From contig OZ024742.1 in NCBI GenBank assembly GCA_964016885.1, positions 314,278,001-314,342,000 of the forward strand: a stretch of 64,000 bases of DNA, given 5' to 3'. The position numbers and the translations under genes were made by a program. Positions 33,013 through 46,360 of the stretch are shown here, piece after piece. The notes under the pieces are model-generated. The model was given only the letters and a program-made list of their open reading frames with translations, was not told the origin of the DNA and ran no database searches. This DNA comes from Eledone cirrhosa (Eukaryota). Within the stretch, counting starts at the first letter, position 1, and every line of letters starts with the position of its first letter.

Positions 33013-36000
33013 GCACTGTCAGACACAGACAAGCAAGAATCGACACACAGAAATATATACGTAAGTATATAAAAGTAAACGATTTTCCTTAAAAAAATTA
33101 CTGCTTATAAATACGTATTCTATATATTAAACTAAAAGCTGTTTTTGTATATTTTATTCATATGTTCGGGGTTAATTTTCATATTAGATACTTTGAACGA
33201 TGATAGGGTCATCTGCTCTATTAGACATTAGAAAAGCCTGGTGAAGCATCGTGTGCGCCTTTTGTTAAACGGTTAGTATATGCCGTGTATGTATGTATAT
33301 ATATATATGTATATATATATATGTATGTATATATATATATGTTTATATTTTATATGCACAGACTACACAGGATCTAATCCATCACCTAGTTTAACATTCC
33401 GTATTGTTCCAGAGTTGAACGCAATGCATTGTCGCATCTGATCTGACACTATACGTTCTCAGTAAAATCCCGTACGTATCTGCCAGCAGTTGCGATAGCC
33501 TGATCGGAACAGCAATTAAAAGACCAATGGAAACATTGTTTCCATAATCCAATCCAATGATCACCTAATTTCCGTTTTTAACACGCCACCTGGAGTTCTT
33601 GTAAGCATAGTAGCTTTCTCCCTTAATCCCACTAATCCCTAAATTATGGGGAAAAGCAATTAGGAAATGACTTTCATTTTGAAGCCGCTCCATAAAATAA
33701 CTATAGGTAGATCAAATATCATTTGTACCGTGAAATATCCTGTATGTGTGCGATAATGGAGATAGGAGTAGATATATCTGAGTTTATTTGCATGCAATAA
33801 AAATATGCAGCTGCATGCTTATGCCAATATAATGGTGTAATTCAATTCAAATTAATACAGGTTACTTTCAACTACGATCGTAGCCAAATATTGAATCTTG
33901 AGTCATGTTTTATATACCAAAGTAGAAAGGCCATTTTCTCATATCCCTCAACCGTTTTCCACTACCTTCATTCTGTCTCGAACTTTATCTCTATATCCAA
34001 TATACACTGTATCTCTATATAGAAAAGTTTCTCATATATTACATAACTTTACAATAGATAGATACTGCATTTTATAGTTTTGGTTTGAATAAAAGGGATA
34101 GACACATGACCTGCGCAGATAGAATTTTATGCCAACGGCTGCAGAAAATATACAGACAGCTATACAATTCCAGGAAACTGGTACTTTGAAAAGCATGAAT
34201 AGTGTTAGTGGAAAGTATAGGTCTTGGACATGTATACAATATGTGTGAGGATTTTAACCAGTTTCTACATATTTTGTGAAGTTAAGTGTAATTCCGCTCC
34301 TCTTATTTAGACGAGGAAACGTTACAAAACGTTAACCACTAGAATATAGAAATATTTAACCAAAGATAGATTATAAAGCAAATAGGAAGAGACAGAGAAA
34401 GAACGATTCTGATTATCCAAAGATGTGATTAATTTGTTGGTATTCGAGTTATTGTAATAGAGATAAATTGTTTCCCGCTTACGTCAGACATCGAATTTCA
34501 GAAACAAATACTGTTGTAGACTCTTACGTATATTACATTTTTTTGCTTCATATATATCCTGAAGAATATGTACTAATATAACATAACAACACTATTGTCC
34601 GACAGACACAATTTGTAAAATATGTTTCATGTTGAATACCTGGCCTAGTTCAGGAATAACATCTAAAGATGTTTGGTGATTATAATGATCAAGGTGTTGT
34701 TTTTTCAACAACGTATCTAAATAAAGGAAATAGTACCTCAGCAGACATCATTATGAAACTCACCCAGAAAAAAATATATCGGTATTTAAAGGACTTATGC
34801 ATTTGGAAAAAATTGATTTTCTCCTCTAAAGTTCTTAACATAACGTTCAATACATATTTATTTTATATCGATATTTTCGGTAAAATATGATTTATAAGTA
34901 TCATATTTATTGCTAAATCAATAAATCCTCAAGAAAGCAGCGTCGCCAAATATATTGAAAAAAATCAACCATAAACAAATGAGAGCGGGGAAACTTTCTC
35001 TTATTGGTTAGTCAAATATACTTGCTGTCTAATTCGGTCGAAGTTCAATATAGGTGAACGTAAGCCTATTTTAGCGTCAAAGGCTATGGATATGTAGCAG
35101 AATTATTAACTTCTGACACTAATATCTGTCGTTTTACATTTCTATATTTAAACTGAGCGCGTTATTTTTCCTTGATACCAGATTTATTTTTAATACTGAC
35201 TGTGATTATTTCTCTCAACTATTTATATTTTAAGCGAAACGGATGACTGGCTAGATACTAACTGAACGATATAAACTAAAAATTAAGCACTTTATCTATA
35301 ATATGCTAGCCCAAGTATATAGACACAAGACCTAAGAGTATTACGTATAATATATTGATGTATATTTACAGAACACATAGGTACTCATCGGTTTATATAC
35401 ATCGATACCCATCTAAGTCTTTTTTTTTCTAGATGGTTTTAGTGTGGTATTCTTTAAATATGCTTAAACAATTCATTGTATCTTATAGCAGTTGTTGCAA
35501 ACACCAACGAAGTACACATATGTAGACATAGATAAACAGTCACATTACATAAAAATATATTGGAGTACACTTTTGACTGAAAGGTTTTGTTTTGGTGAGA
35601 TCAATAAAAAACAAATATTTTAGCTATGAAAAATGTAGTGTGATGATATGTCTTTTTAACATCAGCGAAACAAACAATTGTATATGTTTTCTTATTGAAA
35701 AAAGCTTCTGTGATGAAAATATTCCTTACTGATGAGTTTTAATTCTCTGCATGACATTTCCTTCGGAAAGATGAATATAATAATCGTTAGTTCAACAATT
35801 AAATCATCAAAAGGCTTGTCAATTGTACCCCTTTATTTGAGGAATATTTTACTCTTGGCCGATTTAACTAATTCTGAATAATTATGTATCGCTAGATTGC
35901 CGTGTGGTGTAGGAAATCTGATATATCGCGCTATACATTACTTCATCAAAGGGTGCTTATCAAAAACCCAGTAATTTCTATTATACACGGCAAAACGTAA

Positions 36001-36066
36001 CGATGCTATATATTTTGAATTACCACTATAAACTCCAATTTTCTTAAATTACAAATTTATATAACC

Positions 36067-36790
36067 CTAGCTGAGGTACTCGGCTTCGCCTGGGAGAACA
36101 GTTAAGAGAAGGCGGATAAAAGAAAAAAAACGACTATATTGGATATGTTGTCTGGTTTACAGTATGAGGTGAGACTGTAATGTGTTTGTGTGCGTGTGTG
36201 TGTGTGTGTGTGAGTGAGTGAGTGAGAGAGATAAAAAACAATCATAAAACTTCCTTATTAGGCTGGGGGAGTAAACTGCCGATTAAATAGTATCATTGGC
36301 CTTGGATTTTAAATGTAAAATAACCATAGTCAGTATGATCTTTTTCAGCTCCAAAGGATGTCATCTGAAATGCAGCAATACACCACATAACATTACTTCT
36401 GAAGTGTTTGTTTCGTTAGTATGGTCTGTAAGCAGTATATGGATAAACGCTGGAGGGTCCTCTATCAGTGGAAGTCTGACCTTTCCTCCTAAGCAACACA
36501 TGCCAAGTGTAATATCCATGCTACCAATCGCGACTTTAGGGTCACTTTTATAATTCTTCAATGGATCATATGAAAACAGCTCTTAGCCAGTTTATTCTGC
36601 CTCGAAGAGTCCTTTGTGCTCGTCGTGTTTGCATAGTAACTGTCATTGCCTCTTGGTGATATTCATATTGAACTTCTGTTTGTTGCGATAGTCCTTCTTC
36701 TTGCCTTAATCTTTGTTTGCTGCCTCAAGTCTGCACACAAAGTTGCGATCGTTCTTGTTGTCTTAACCTTTCTGTTTCCCGTCTCATATT
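36067..36790 (-). mobile_element. Internally deleted Helitron
   Basis: Minus-strand RepHel N-terminal motif YDPLKNY.SDPKVAIGSM...GMCCLGGKVRLPLIEDPP; 3' hairpin CCCAGGCGAAGCCGAG upstream of terminal CTAG (36067-36070). Confidence 0.75.
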
Positions 36791-37527
36791 CCGAATTAGG
36801 TCAATAATAACATGACACTATCCTCAAAAAGCTAAATTGATATACACCATAGATTAATTTCAAATAGTATCATTTTTTTCTGTTTGAGAATGCATAAGGA
36901 AACAAGAGAGAGAGACAAAGAAAGTTATATATATAGCGGTTAAAGGCCAAAACTCACTATTGTTTTATTGCTTGTCTCGATGAATGAGCTCTGACCATAA
37001 CTTGCACAGATTTAGGCGGTTGTTATTTCTCTTGAAAAATCAGCAACTGCAGGGAAAAACTTGAATTGGAGGAAAACATTTAAGATAGAGACCTTGTAAT
37101 GCGGAAGTGACAGTAAGGGGATGTGTGAAGTGGAGATGACTGCGTGGATGTGACTCGAGAGAAGGAAACTCTAAGGAACAGAAACACTATAATAGTTATA
37201 GAATATTTAAGAGGAGGGGAACAAGAAGTGTGGGCCATAAGGTGGAATTTGTTGGCAAAGCACGCGATGTCAATCAATGTGTTATTATTTCAAAGTAGAA
37301 AACATTATTTATGTTATGTGGACCATCATGTCTGTTTGTGTAGTAGGAACTATATCTCAGCACTATTTGATTCTGAAACATTGTGAAATGAAAATAATCC
37401 GTGACTTGCTAGATTCAATTATCTATGAATAATGTCGATAGACAGAACAAATATATTGAAGTTCAATAATTAGAGTAATATGGGTTCCTGATATGACACA
37501 CAAGTATAACCTAGTTTCCATTATTAG

Positions 37528-37630
37528 TTCTGAGTTCAAATCGCGCCGAAGTTAGCTTTGCTTTTCATCCTTACAGGGCCGATAAATTAATGTACCAGTA
37601 TTGCACTGGGGTCGATCTAATCGACTTTCC
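37528..37630 (+). mobile_element. tRNA-derived SINE fragment
   Basis: TTCTGAGTTCAAATCGCGCCGAAG...TTTCATCCTTAC...TACCAG...CACTGGGGTCGAT. Confidence 0.75.
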
Positions 37631-39248
37631 CTAAATCAGAAACCATTATATGGATATACTCAATCTACCCCAAAATATCGTTTTCTTAAGGCTCACCCGT
37701 GACTATATATATATATAAGATCATGAGAAAATATGACGTTCCAGCATTTCACAAGTCCATTGCCAGTGTAGGTTAATGGAAATAGATTTCAAGTGGGAAT
37801 TGAAATGGCATTGCAATTTTGAAGTTCTTAGTAATGTACATATTGCTTCATTGCTATCGCTATATATAGTACAACTAGTGTTGCAGAGAAAGGAGAGGGG
37901 ATGAAGAGCAATACAAACATATCTAAATGTCTAAATGGATAAGCGAATGTCCATACTATCAGAAATCATTAGGACGAGAGTCGAAATATCGGCCAAAACA
38001 TAATAGAATATATATGACATGTTTATAGCTTTTGAAAGTGAAAAACAACACTGAATGAAGTGAGACGAAAGAATATGAGCATGATACTTCAGAGTATTCG
38101 TGTTTTGAAACGACAAAATGTTATAAGAATCACAATGATTGACACTTCTAACTGCTTCAAAATAGAATAATTCCTGCTCCAGTCATAGAAAAAATCAAAA
38201 GAAATAATAAAAATGTTCGAATACAGAACATTAGCATTGTCTGTTATGTAACTGCAACAACAGTTGATGTAAAATAGAATAAAATAAAATAAAACCTCTT
38301 CATTCAAAGAAGGCGAAACGAATAGCAAAGTGTAAAGATCACTAAAAAGAGTGTATATACTCTATTCCGCAAACTTATACACTTTTAAACACACACACAC
38401 ACACCAACACATACACGCACGCCCACACACACACACACACACATGCACCCCCACCCCCCACACACACACGGTTACACAGTGCTATAGCTAGAAGGTTACT
38501 GTTAAAATATAATACAATATGTGAAATGAAAAAAAGCATAATTTTCGTTTTTTGCTATGAATGACAGCCAATATTTTACTAAATATAAATGTGATATCAG
38601 CAGCATAAGAGCAAAGAACAACGTTAACTTGAAACTCTACAGATCAATAGGCTCAATAGAAGATTACAAATGGCTCTACGGTGCTTAGAACAGATAATAA
38701 GAAATAGTAAATGCTCTCCGACGGGGATCAAATACACTACGTGTAAAACAAATAAAGGAGTTATGAATGCATTTTTTCCATTTAGTAATTAGTAGCAAAA
38801 GCCGGACACGAAGAGAAACACATTCAGCTTGTATTCACAGTTGTTCAACAAATCATTGTACTTACTTATTACTGTACGCTTACACAACCTAATTCATATT
38901 ACAGGTACAACAGCCATTTTCGGGACCATTGATTCCAGACCGATACCTAATTTTTCGTTTTGCCGGACTGAGGTCGGAAAAATGTTATCAACCCTCAACT
39001 ATAATAAGATGGAGGCAAACATGTTACAAATGAAAAATTATACGACGCGGTAGCCTTTTAACATGACTTAACTACTATAGTGAGTCTAGAGAGCTGTGTA
39101 TCGATATTATATCTGGTCAAAATATGATGCAAAAAATTGCTGTTGTACTTGCAATACGTAACATTGAAAAACATATAGAATTAATGGCTTTTCCTTTAAT
39201 TGTTCTGGTATTGTAACACTAAATCTGTTTAAACAATCTGATGTTCAA

Positions 39249-39451
39249 CAGACCTGCCAACCTCTAAAATCCATGGTGAGTACCGTAAAAATGTGCCCCA
39301 AACAGGGAAAAATGAGGGAAAATGAGGGAAAATGGAGATATTTTACATAATGAAAGATGTACCCATTTTCACAAGAGAAGACATTTCTCACCCACCACCT
39401 CAAAGTGGGTGGGAGATCTACCCGTCGGGCGGGGGAGAGTTGACAGGTCTG
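39249..39451 (+). mobile_element. MITE with 13-bp TIR and 6-bp TSD (hAT-like)
   Basis: TIR CAGACCTGCCAAC / GTTGACAGGTCTG; GTTCAA directly flanks both ends (39243-39248, 39452-39457). Confidence 0.8.
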
Positions 39452-40240
39452 GTTCAATGTAATTTCATTCTGCACTACGAGAAGTATATTCACGACAAGA
39501 TCTCCACATGATAATATTCTAATTTTAACCTGAAATTATGTTGCTACCTTTAAAGCTCTCGCTGCAGTTCATGTACTGATCAGAGAATAATAGCCAGCAC
39601 TATAGAGATGATAGTACTTAAGGTGTTCACTTTACAAACCCTTGGTTGTGTGGTACCCTGGTAAAATAGAGGATGGACAATATAACGACGGCATGTCCAA
39701 ATATCTTGTGAACGAAATTCAGATGGAAACATCTCTGAAGCATTTCGCATATATATATATAAATATATATGTTTGTGTGTGGTGTGTGTATTTGTGTGTG
39801 TTTGTCTGTGTCTGTGTGTGTTTGTATGTGTCTGTGTGCATGCGTGCGTTTGTTTAGGTATCATAAATTAGTGATTCGACAAAAAGAGATCGATAAAATA
39901 GGTATTAGACTTGAAAACTATGTATCCAGGGATCGATAGAAAGGACAAAATTCCTTCAAACAGGTTCCTAAGCATAGTCATAGTTTAATAACTATGAAAA
40001 AAAAAAGAGTATACTGTTATATACCGTGAACTCTGCAGTTTCAACCAAAATAATTGACTAAAAGAATATGAACTGAAATATTCAGACTGATGGCTATCTA
40101 CATCCCATAAGACATCATAGAAATATATGAGTGTTTGTGTGTGTGGAGGGGGATGATGTTTATATATATGTGTCTGAGTATGCTGCCGTAGCATGCGGGG
40201 TTTGCGAAATAAGTATCTAGAGTGTGTGCTGTCCTATGAA

Positions 40241-40600
40241 CACTCCCCTTTGGGGTGAGTGAGAGATGTATTTTCTAGTGAAAATGGATATAGCTTTCAT
40301 TATTTAAAATTTATGGTGGTGGATTGGCAGTATCGGTAGAGTGTCAGACGCCATGCTTTGCAGCACAGTTACGTCCATTTACGAACTGAGTTAAAAAAAC
40401 CGCCGAGGTTAACTTTGCCTTTGATCCTTACGGGGTCGATAAAATAAAGTACCAGTAATGTACTGGGTATTTGCTGGCCTTGTGCCAAAAGTAGAAACAA
40501 TTATTTAAAAATCTCCCCATTTTGCCCTAGTTTACACCGTTTTGAGATTTTTCTTTTCATGGCACTCCCTGTTTGGGATCTTTAGAGGTTGGCAGGTCTG
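40241..40600 (-). mobile_element. Second, partial copy of the same MITE, interrupted by a SINE
   Basis: Ends in GAGGTTGGCAGGTCTG; 40241-40310 is a diverged reverse complement of 39340-39412. Confidence 0.65.
40315..40505 (+). mobile_element. Full-length tRNA-derived SINE nested in the MITE
   Basis: A-box-like GGATTGGCAGTATCGGTAGAG, shared body; ATTATTTAAAA on both sides. Confidence 0.85.
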
Positions 40601-41084
40601 GTGTGTATGTGTGTGTGAATGTGTGTGTGTATATATATATGGGTGTGTGTGTGTATGTGTGTGTGTAAGAGTGTGTCTATGTAATTATGTATCATTATTT
40701 TGGACTGCGATAAATCTCTATTGCCGCGATGAACATAGTTATAGATAAATCCAAGTAAAACAGATATTTAGATAAAAACATATGAAAGACGTCGTAGCCG
40801 ATATTGGTCGTACTTAAATCTACAATGATTATATAAGATATGTTAAAAAAAGATTTTAATTATCAATATTGGCATTTGTGTCATATAACGGTGGTTGATA
40901 GAAATAGAAGAAAACAACCCTTAGTTATATTTAGTAACATTTTTCTATGTTCTAACGTAATCTGTCCAGATTAAATTAGTTTTTTTAACATTTCGTGTTT
41001 GAAATATTAAAATACGGAGACCAATTATATTAATTACACTCCCTTCCTTATATTTGTGGCATTGCAATAGCGTTACGCCCCTTT

Positions 41085-41222
41085 ACGTTCTAAGTTCAAA
41101 TCACGCCGAGGTTATCTTTGGCTTTCATCTTTACGTGGTCGATAAATGCACTGGGGTCAATTCAATCGACTTTCCACTTTCCTTTTAAATTGCTGGCCTT
41201 ATGCCTCATGTAGAAATGTATT
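41085..41222 (+). mobile_element. Diverged tRNA-derived SINE fragment
   Basis: GTTCAAATCACGCCGAGG...TTTCATCTTTACGTGGTCGATAAA...TTGCTGGCCTTATGCC. Confidence 0.7.
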
Positions 41223-41472
41223 ATCTTTTTTTATTACCCAGGATTAGTAGGGACGGCATAGCACTGGAAAAGTGCTGTGTGGTATATATAGTGGTCACGA
41301 TGTCGATAAATTATAGTACCAGAAACACACTAGGATCGATGTAATCTACTTTCCTCTTCGCGCAAGAGGCTGTTGATATGGTGCCTTAATACGAAACTAT
41401 TTTTATGTCTCGATTTGAAATACGGTTGGTGTCGGTGTTTTCCGTTATAATTCCAGTTTCAAGTAATATAAC

Positions 41473-42097
41473 ATAATCGTTTCTACTTTTGGCACAAGGC
41501 CAGCAATTATCCAGTGCATTACTGGTACTTTATTTTATCGACCCCATAAGGATGAAAGGTAAAGTTAACCTTGGCGGGATTTGAACTTAGAATGGACAGG
41601 GCCGTAACTCAATGCGACAAAGCATGGCGTCCGACCCTCTACCGGTACTGCCAATCCACCGCCCCTGTAATATAAGATAATGGTTTCTTATATAGGCACA
41701 AGGCCAGCAATTTTTGGGGGAGGGAAAAGTTGATGAAATTGGCCCCAGTGCGTGACTGGTACTTTATTTTATCGACCCCGTAAGGATGAAAGGCAAAGTT
41801 AACCTCGGCGGGATTTGAACTAAGATCATAATGCGCCGTAACTCTATGCGTCAAAGCATGGCGTCCGACCCTTTACCGATACTGCCAATCCACCACCCCT
41901 GTAATATACGATAATTGTTTCTACTTTAGGCACAAGGCCAGCAATTATCCAGTGCATTACTGGTTCTTTATTTTATCGACCCCGTAAGGATGAAAGGCAA
42001 AGTCAACCTCGGCGGGATTTGAACTCAGATTGTAAAGGGACGTAACTATGCTGGAAAGCATGGCGTCCGACCCTCTACCGATACTGCCAATCCACCT
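41473..42097 (-). mobile_element. Three tandem full-length tRNA-derived SINEs (41473-41665, 41677-41899, 41911-42097)
   Basis: Each has A/B boxes (GGATTGGCAG.ATCGG; GTTCAAATCCC) and the shared body; separated by a repeated GTAATATA.GATAAT spacer. Confidence 0.9.
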
Positions 42098-43241
42098 GTA
42101 ATATACGATAATACAAATATATATGAACCAGTAATATATATTGACAACAGAACTGTTGCTGTCTGGAAATCTTGAGACAACACATTTCCTCAATTCACAA
42201 CAAAAATAAGAGTATGTATTGTTCTCTGTACTTATACAAATAGAGAGGTACATTTTATACAATTCATTAGCTAATTCTAAGTACATTTCAATTTAGTTCT
42301 TATATATATATCAAATCTTATACATCATATTAGCTCTTATATATCAAATCTTGTACACCTTGCTTTTCCCGTTATTAGATTATTTCCGATCTATATGACT
42401 ATTATATGGTCAATTACATAGAGTAATTGTTTTCTTACAATTATAATTTCCTAAAGAGGCTTCCAGCTTGTGGTAGGTTGATATTTCATTAATTTTCATT
42501 TTAAATTTACATCTAACGTGTCGGTGTTGTTTAGCTCTAATCTAACGATCTTTTGTCTATCTTGTTCTATTTTTCTTGGTTTACACACTAGATGATTGAC
42601 AACTTCATTTATCCTTACCCATATTGGATATTTACTACTATCATTTTGGCATATGTTTAACTTTATTTTCACAGATTTTGCCATTCCCATCATGTCTGTA
42701 GTAGCCAGGATCGAGATTTTTGTTTTTCTCTTTAATGCTCATTCATTTCTCAGCAAATTCTATTCTTAACCTAACATACATTTTGTTTATCAGATATGTA
42801 ATCTCAATATGACACGTTTTCCTCAACGTGTTCCATCTTTTCACTTAATCTGTACTTCGATTTTGCATATAAATCTCAATGGTTGATAATCTTCGCTGGA
42901 TTGTCTTCCTGTCTGAACGCTGGTCATTTCAATTGTCATACTGAGCTAAACCTAATTATCAAGCAGGGTCTGACAAGAATCAATAACCCCTCAAATCTGG
43001 AGCCAGCTTCATTGTTCATGTTGATGTCTCATTTTGGAAACCACAGTTAGCGAATCCTGGATGCTGGGGTGAAGGTGATGCACATTCGAAGCCAAACGGA
43101 ATACAATTCAGAAATACTAGGAATTATCAGTTGTAGCTAAATTTTCATTGGCGTACCTTATTTAGCTGCAATAATATAAATAATTTGTAGAGAGGATGAA
43201 CACTAACCTCTCTGAAGAAAAAAAGGAACGATGTGTATTCA

Positions 43242-43284
<43 letters not shown>

Positions 43285-43288
<4 letters not shown>

Positions 43289-43860
43289 TGGTGGAACACT
43301 GGAAGATAATATCCGTAGTTGTAGAGCACTCAGTCCAAGGGACGAGTTAGGTAGAAGTGGTTACACAACAGTTAGTTCACCATACCGAGAACAATTGTTT
43401 CACGTTCGCGGATCTTCAGCTCGTGATGTGTAGAGTTATAGGAACAGGAAGGACAACCGTACGAACGCGCATGCACAGAAACTCGGTCACTTCGCACAGG
43501 CAATACTAGAGATTACGCAATAGTGATTGCCTAAACACGAGAAGTGAATTTTTCACACGTTGTCCACACGTCACCAAACATCTATTGCATAACTACAAGG
43601 CACCGGACTGATTCTTTGTAATTTTATTTTTAATTTTTTTAATTTTATTTTCAACCTAAAAACTTTCCGGACTTTCGCAGTTATCTCCCTTACACCTCTC
43701 GCACACAGTCTAGTATTGCCTGTGTGAAGTGACCGAGTTTCTGCGCATGCGCGTTCGTACGGTTGTCCTTCCTGTTCCTATAACCATCCCGAGCTGAAAA
43801 TCCGCGAAGGTGAAACAATTGTTCCCGGTATGGTGAACTAACTGTTGTGTAACCACTTCT
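43285..43860. mobile_element. Fold-back element (family J) with hammerheads in both ~155-bp arms
   Basis: 43352-43510 is the reverse complement of 43709-43861; hammerheads at 43386-43423 (minus: cgag-CTGAAGA-...-GAAA-caattg-TT-ctcg) and 43790-43827 (plus, G8 mutated). Confidence 0.8.
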
Positions 43861-43919
43861 ATATATATATATATAAACTAATATATATGATGAAACACAA
43901 ATACCAACATATCTGTATT

Positions 43920-43949
<30 letters not shown>

Positions 43950-43950
<1 letters not shown>

Positions 43951-44653
43951 CTTTGCGTTGCTATCCTTCTATGTTTGTTTACTTGTCTCGTTCGCTTTAC
44001 GCGATTTACTTGTCTCAATAGCTTTATTTAGCTATTGCTCGCACCAACTGGAGGTATATGATTTTTAAAGCGATGAAATACCAATGAAGGTTGGAAAATC
44101 AGATGAAGGACTACTTTTATCATATGTAACCCATGTGCAACCACGCAGTATTCTTTCTTCTCATGTTTTTTATATATATTTTCCCCAGCTGCGTTTGTCT
44201 GTTTCTCATTTACTGCTTCCCCGCTCTCTCTGTTTCTCTCACCTTCTTTCGCCCCCTCTGTCAGTTAAACTTTCTCTCGACTGGCCTCTTTCTCGCACTT
44301 CCACTCACTCACTCTCTGCTTCTCCCCTTCTCACTTCCTCCCGGTTGACCTGTAGTAGGGTCTTTTTTCCTGCTCACACCTCACTCGCGTCGGACGGTAT
44401 GTAGTCTCTCGCCCTTGAAATCCACACAGCTAAAGCTGATCGGACTCCCATGTGCTTGTTTTTTCCTATCTTTGCGCTGCTATCCTTCTATGTTTATTTA
44501 CTTGTCTCGTTCGCTTTGCGCGATTTACTTGTCCCAACTGGAGGTATATGATTTTTAAAGCGATGAATACCAAAGAAGGTTGGAAAATCACTGATGAAGG
44601 ACTATTTTTATCATATGTAACCCATGTGCAACCACGCAGTATTCATTCTTCTC

Positions 44654-44660
<7 letters not shown>
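43950..44660 (+). mobile_element. Partial-tandem (pLTR-like) element related to 2692-3540
   Basis: 43950-44172 is repeated at ~44469-44660; shares CCAAC.GGAGGTATATG...GCGATGAAAT...CTGATGAAGGAC...CATATGTAACCCAT.TGCAAC with 3380-3480. Confidence 0.75.
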
Positions 44661-44689
<29 letters not shown>

Positions 44690-44692
<3 letters not shown>

Positions 44693-45020
44693 TAGGAGGT
44701 GAGTTTTATTGTAGTACAATAAAGCAATGCAGATATCGGATAAGAAGCACTCTACAGTTTGTGGGACTGGAGTATGCATAATATAAGATCAAAAGATGGT
44801 TAAAGGAGTTCAATATATTTTATTATGCGCATTTCAAAAACAAACATCATCAAACAATAATATTTGTGTTTTCATCAGATAAAACAAGTGTTTTTTTTAG
44901 CCTTCATATCATGTTCTCCTGTTTTATCTGATGAAAACACAAATATTATTGTTTGATGATGTTTGTTTTTGAAATGCGCATAATAAAATATATTGAACTC
45001 CTTTAACCATCTTTTGATCT

Positions 45021-45025
<5 letters not shown>
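44690..45025. mobile_element. Fold-back element (family K) with hammerheads at 44818-44884 (minus) and 44922-44988 (plus)
   Basis: ttttat-CTGATGA-long stem II-GAAA-tgcgca-TA-ataaaa; arms near-identical; (TA)n flanks. Confidence 0.85.
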
Positions 45026-45097
<72 letters not shown>

Positions 45098-45641
45098 TAT
45101 ATCGAATAATTAATGTGAAGCGCTGTATATAAGTAAATGTATATATGTCTTCAAGTACATAGGAACATGCAGCTGACCTTACAGGTATTTCTTTTACGTT
45201 TATACTTGTGTTTATCTTAGTGTTGTTGGTGGTTTGTTTCGGTAGGCTGTATGGTTGTTTTGTTAAGTATGAATCCATGCATGGTGCTATAACTGTTATG
45301 TATTAGTGAGAAATTCAATTACCGAAAGGTACCATCTCAACATGATATGTATGTTTGAACAACTCATCAGCTACTGCTTATTTTCTTGTTATGGAGTAAA
45401 TTTCGAATTTTACTACAACATATCCAGTAATTGCCTAGATCACATTTATGCCAAAACAAACAATATATTCACGGAACGACTATACTCGATGTTTATATTT
45501 AAGGAGTAACACATTGATGATTGCACGCAGAAATACATAGATTGAATTATTCCTGTTTGACTCCACATTCACCTATTTACAACTTAGTAATGAGTAGTTG
45601 CGTGAACATACGTAAATAAACCCACTTGTTAATTTCATGAT

Positions 45642-45802
45642 AAGGCGGCGAATTGGCCGAGGCGTTAGAATGTCGGATAGAATGCTTTATGGTATTCGTT
45701 CCAGCTCTCTTCTCCCTGAGTTCAAATCCCACCAAGGTCAACCGTGTCTTTCATCCTTTGGAGGTCGATAAATAAAGTACAAGTCTAGTACTGGTGTCGA
45801 TT
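45642..45802 (+). mobile_element. tRNA-derived SINE (older subfamily)
   Basis: AAGGCGGCGAATTGGCCGAGGCGTTAG...GAGTTCAAATCCCACCAAGGTCAAC...TTTCATCCTTTGGAGGTCGATAAA. Confidence 0.75.
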
Positions 45803-46360
45803 TGTCCTCTCTCTGGAAGAAATCTGCTGTACAGCCCTGAGGAGGGTTGGGCTCCGCCAGGCTTATAATGCACAAAAAACGCCATATGTCAATACCGTTC
45901 CCCTACGCCTCTTATCAGGAGTCACGGGACCATACCAATTTCATGATGTCGTCATAGCGTTATTAGAGTTTATTTTTAAATGATATAGTTAAATATTGAT
46001 TATTATATGTTATTCTCCAGAACAGTTCATGTTTGCAATAAATTTGGACTTCCAGATGTCTATGTCATTAATTATAGCCAAATTTTACTTTGCAAATACA
46101 AAATCAATTTCACAAAAAAAAAAATTAAATAAAATGAAATAAAAGTGTCATTTATTATAGTTATTTTCTTTTTTGATTTTGTTTCAGAAGAACTATTTTC
46201 AAACATTTATAATATTTTCGTTAAAATCAGGAGAGGATTCGGCCGTAAGTAATAGAGTTATTAGAGATGTAATTGAAAAGCAACAACATAAAAAAAAAAT
46301 CTACTACAAAACAAGATAGATTGAGCTTTTAGAAATATAAAGAATGTCATTTTTAATCTG

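Noticed and set aside
34559-34602. CTGAAGA-tatgt...acata stem (also CTGAAGA at ~57246)
   Set aside because: GAAA is absent; too degenerate to call a hammerhead.
41463-42113. Repeat-spacer pattern resembling CRISPR, or a tRNA gene cluster
   Set aside because: The intervening units are homologous SINEs in a eukaryotic context; they have A/B boxes but no complete cloverleaf.
42480-43140. Possible very old LINE RT remnant on the minus strand
   Set aside because: Only faint similarity around KMEHVEE; motifs not recoverable by eye.
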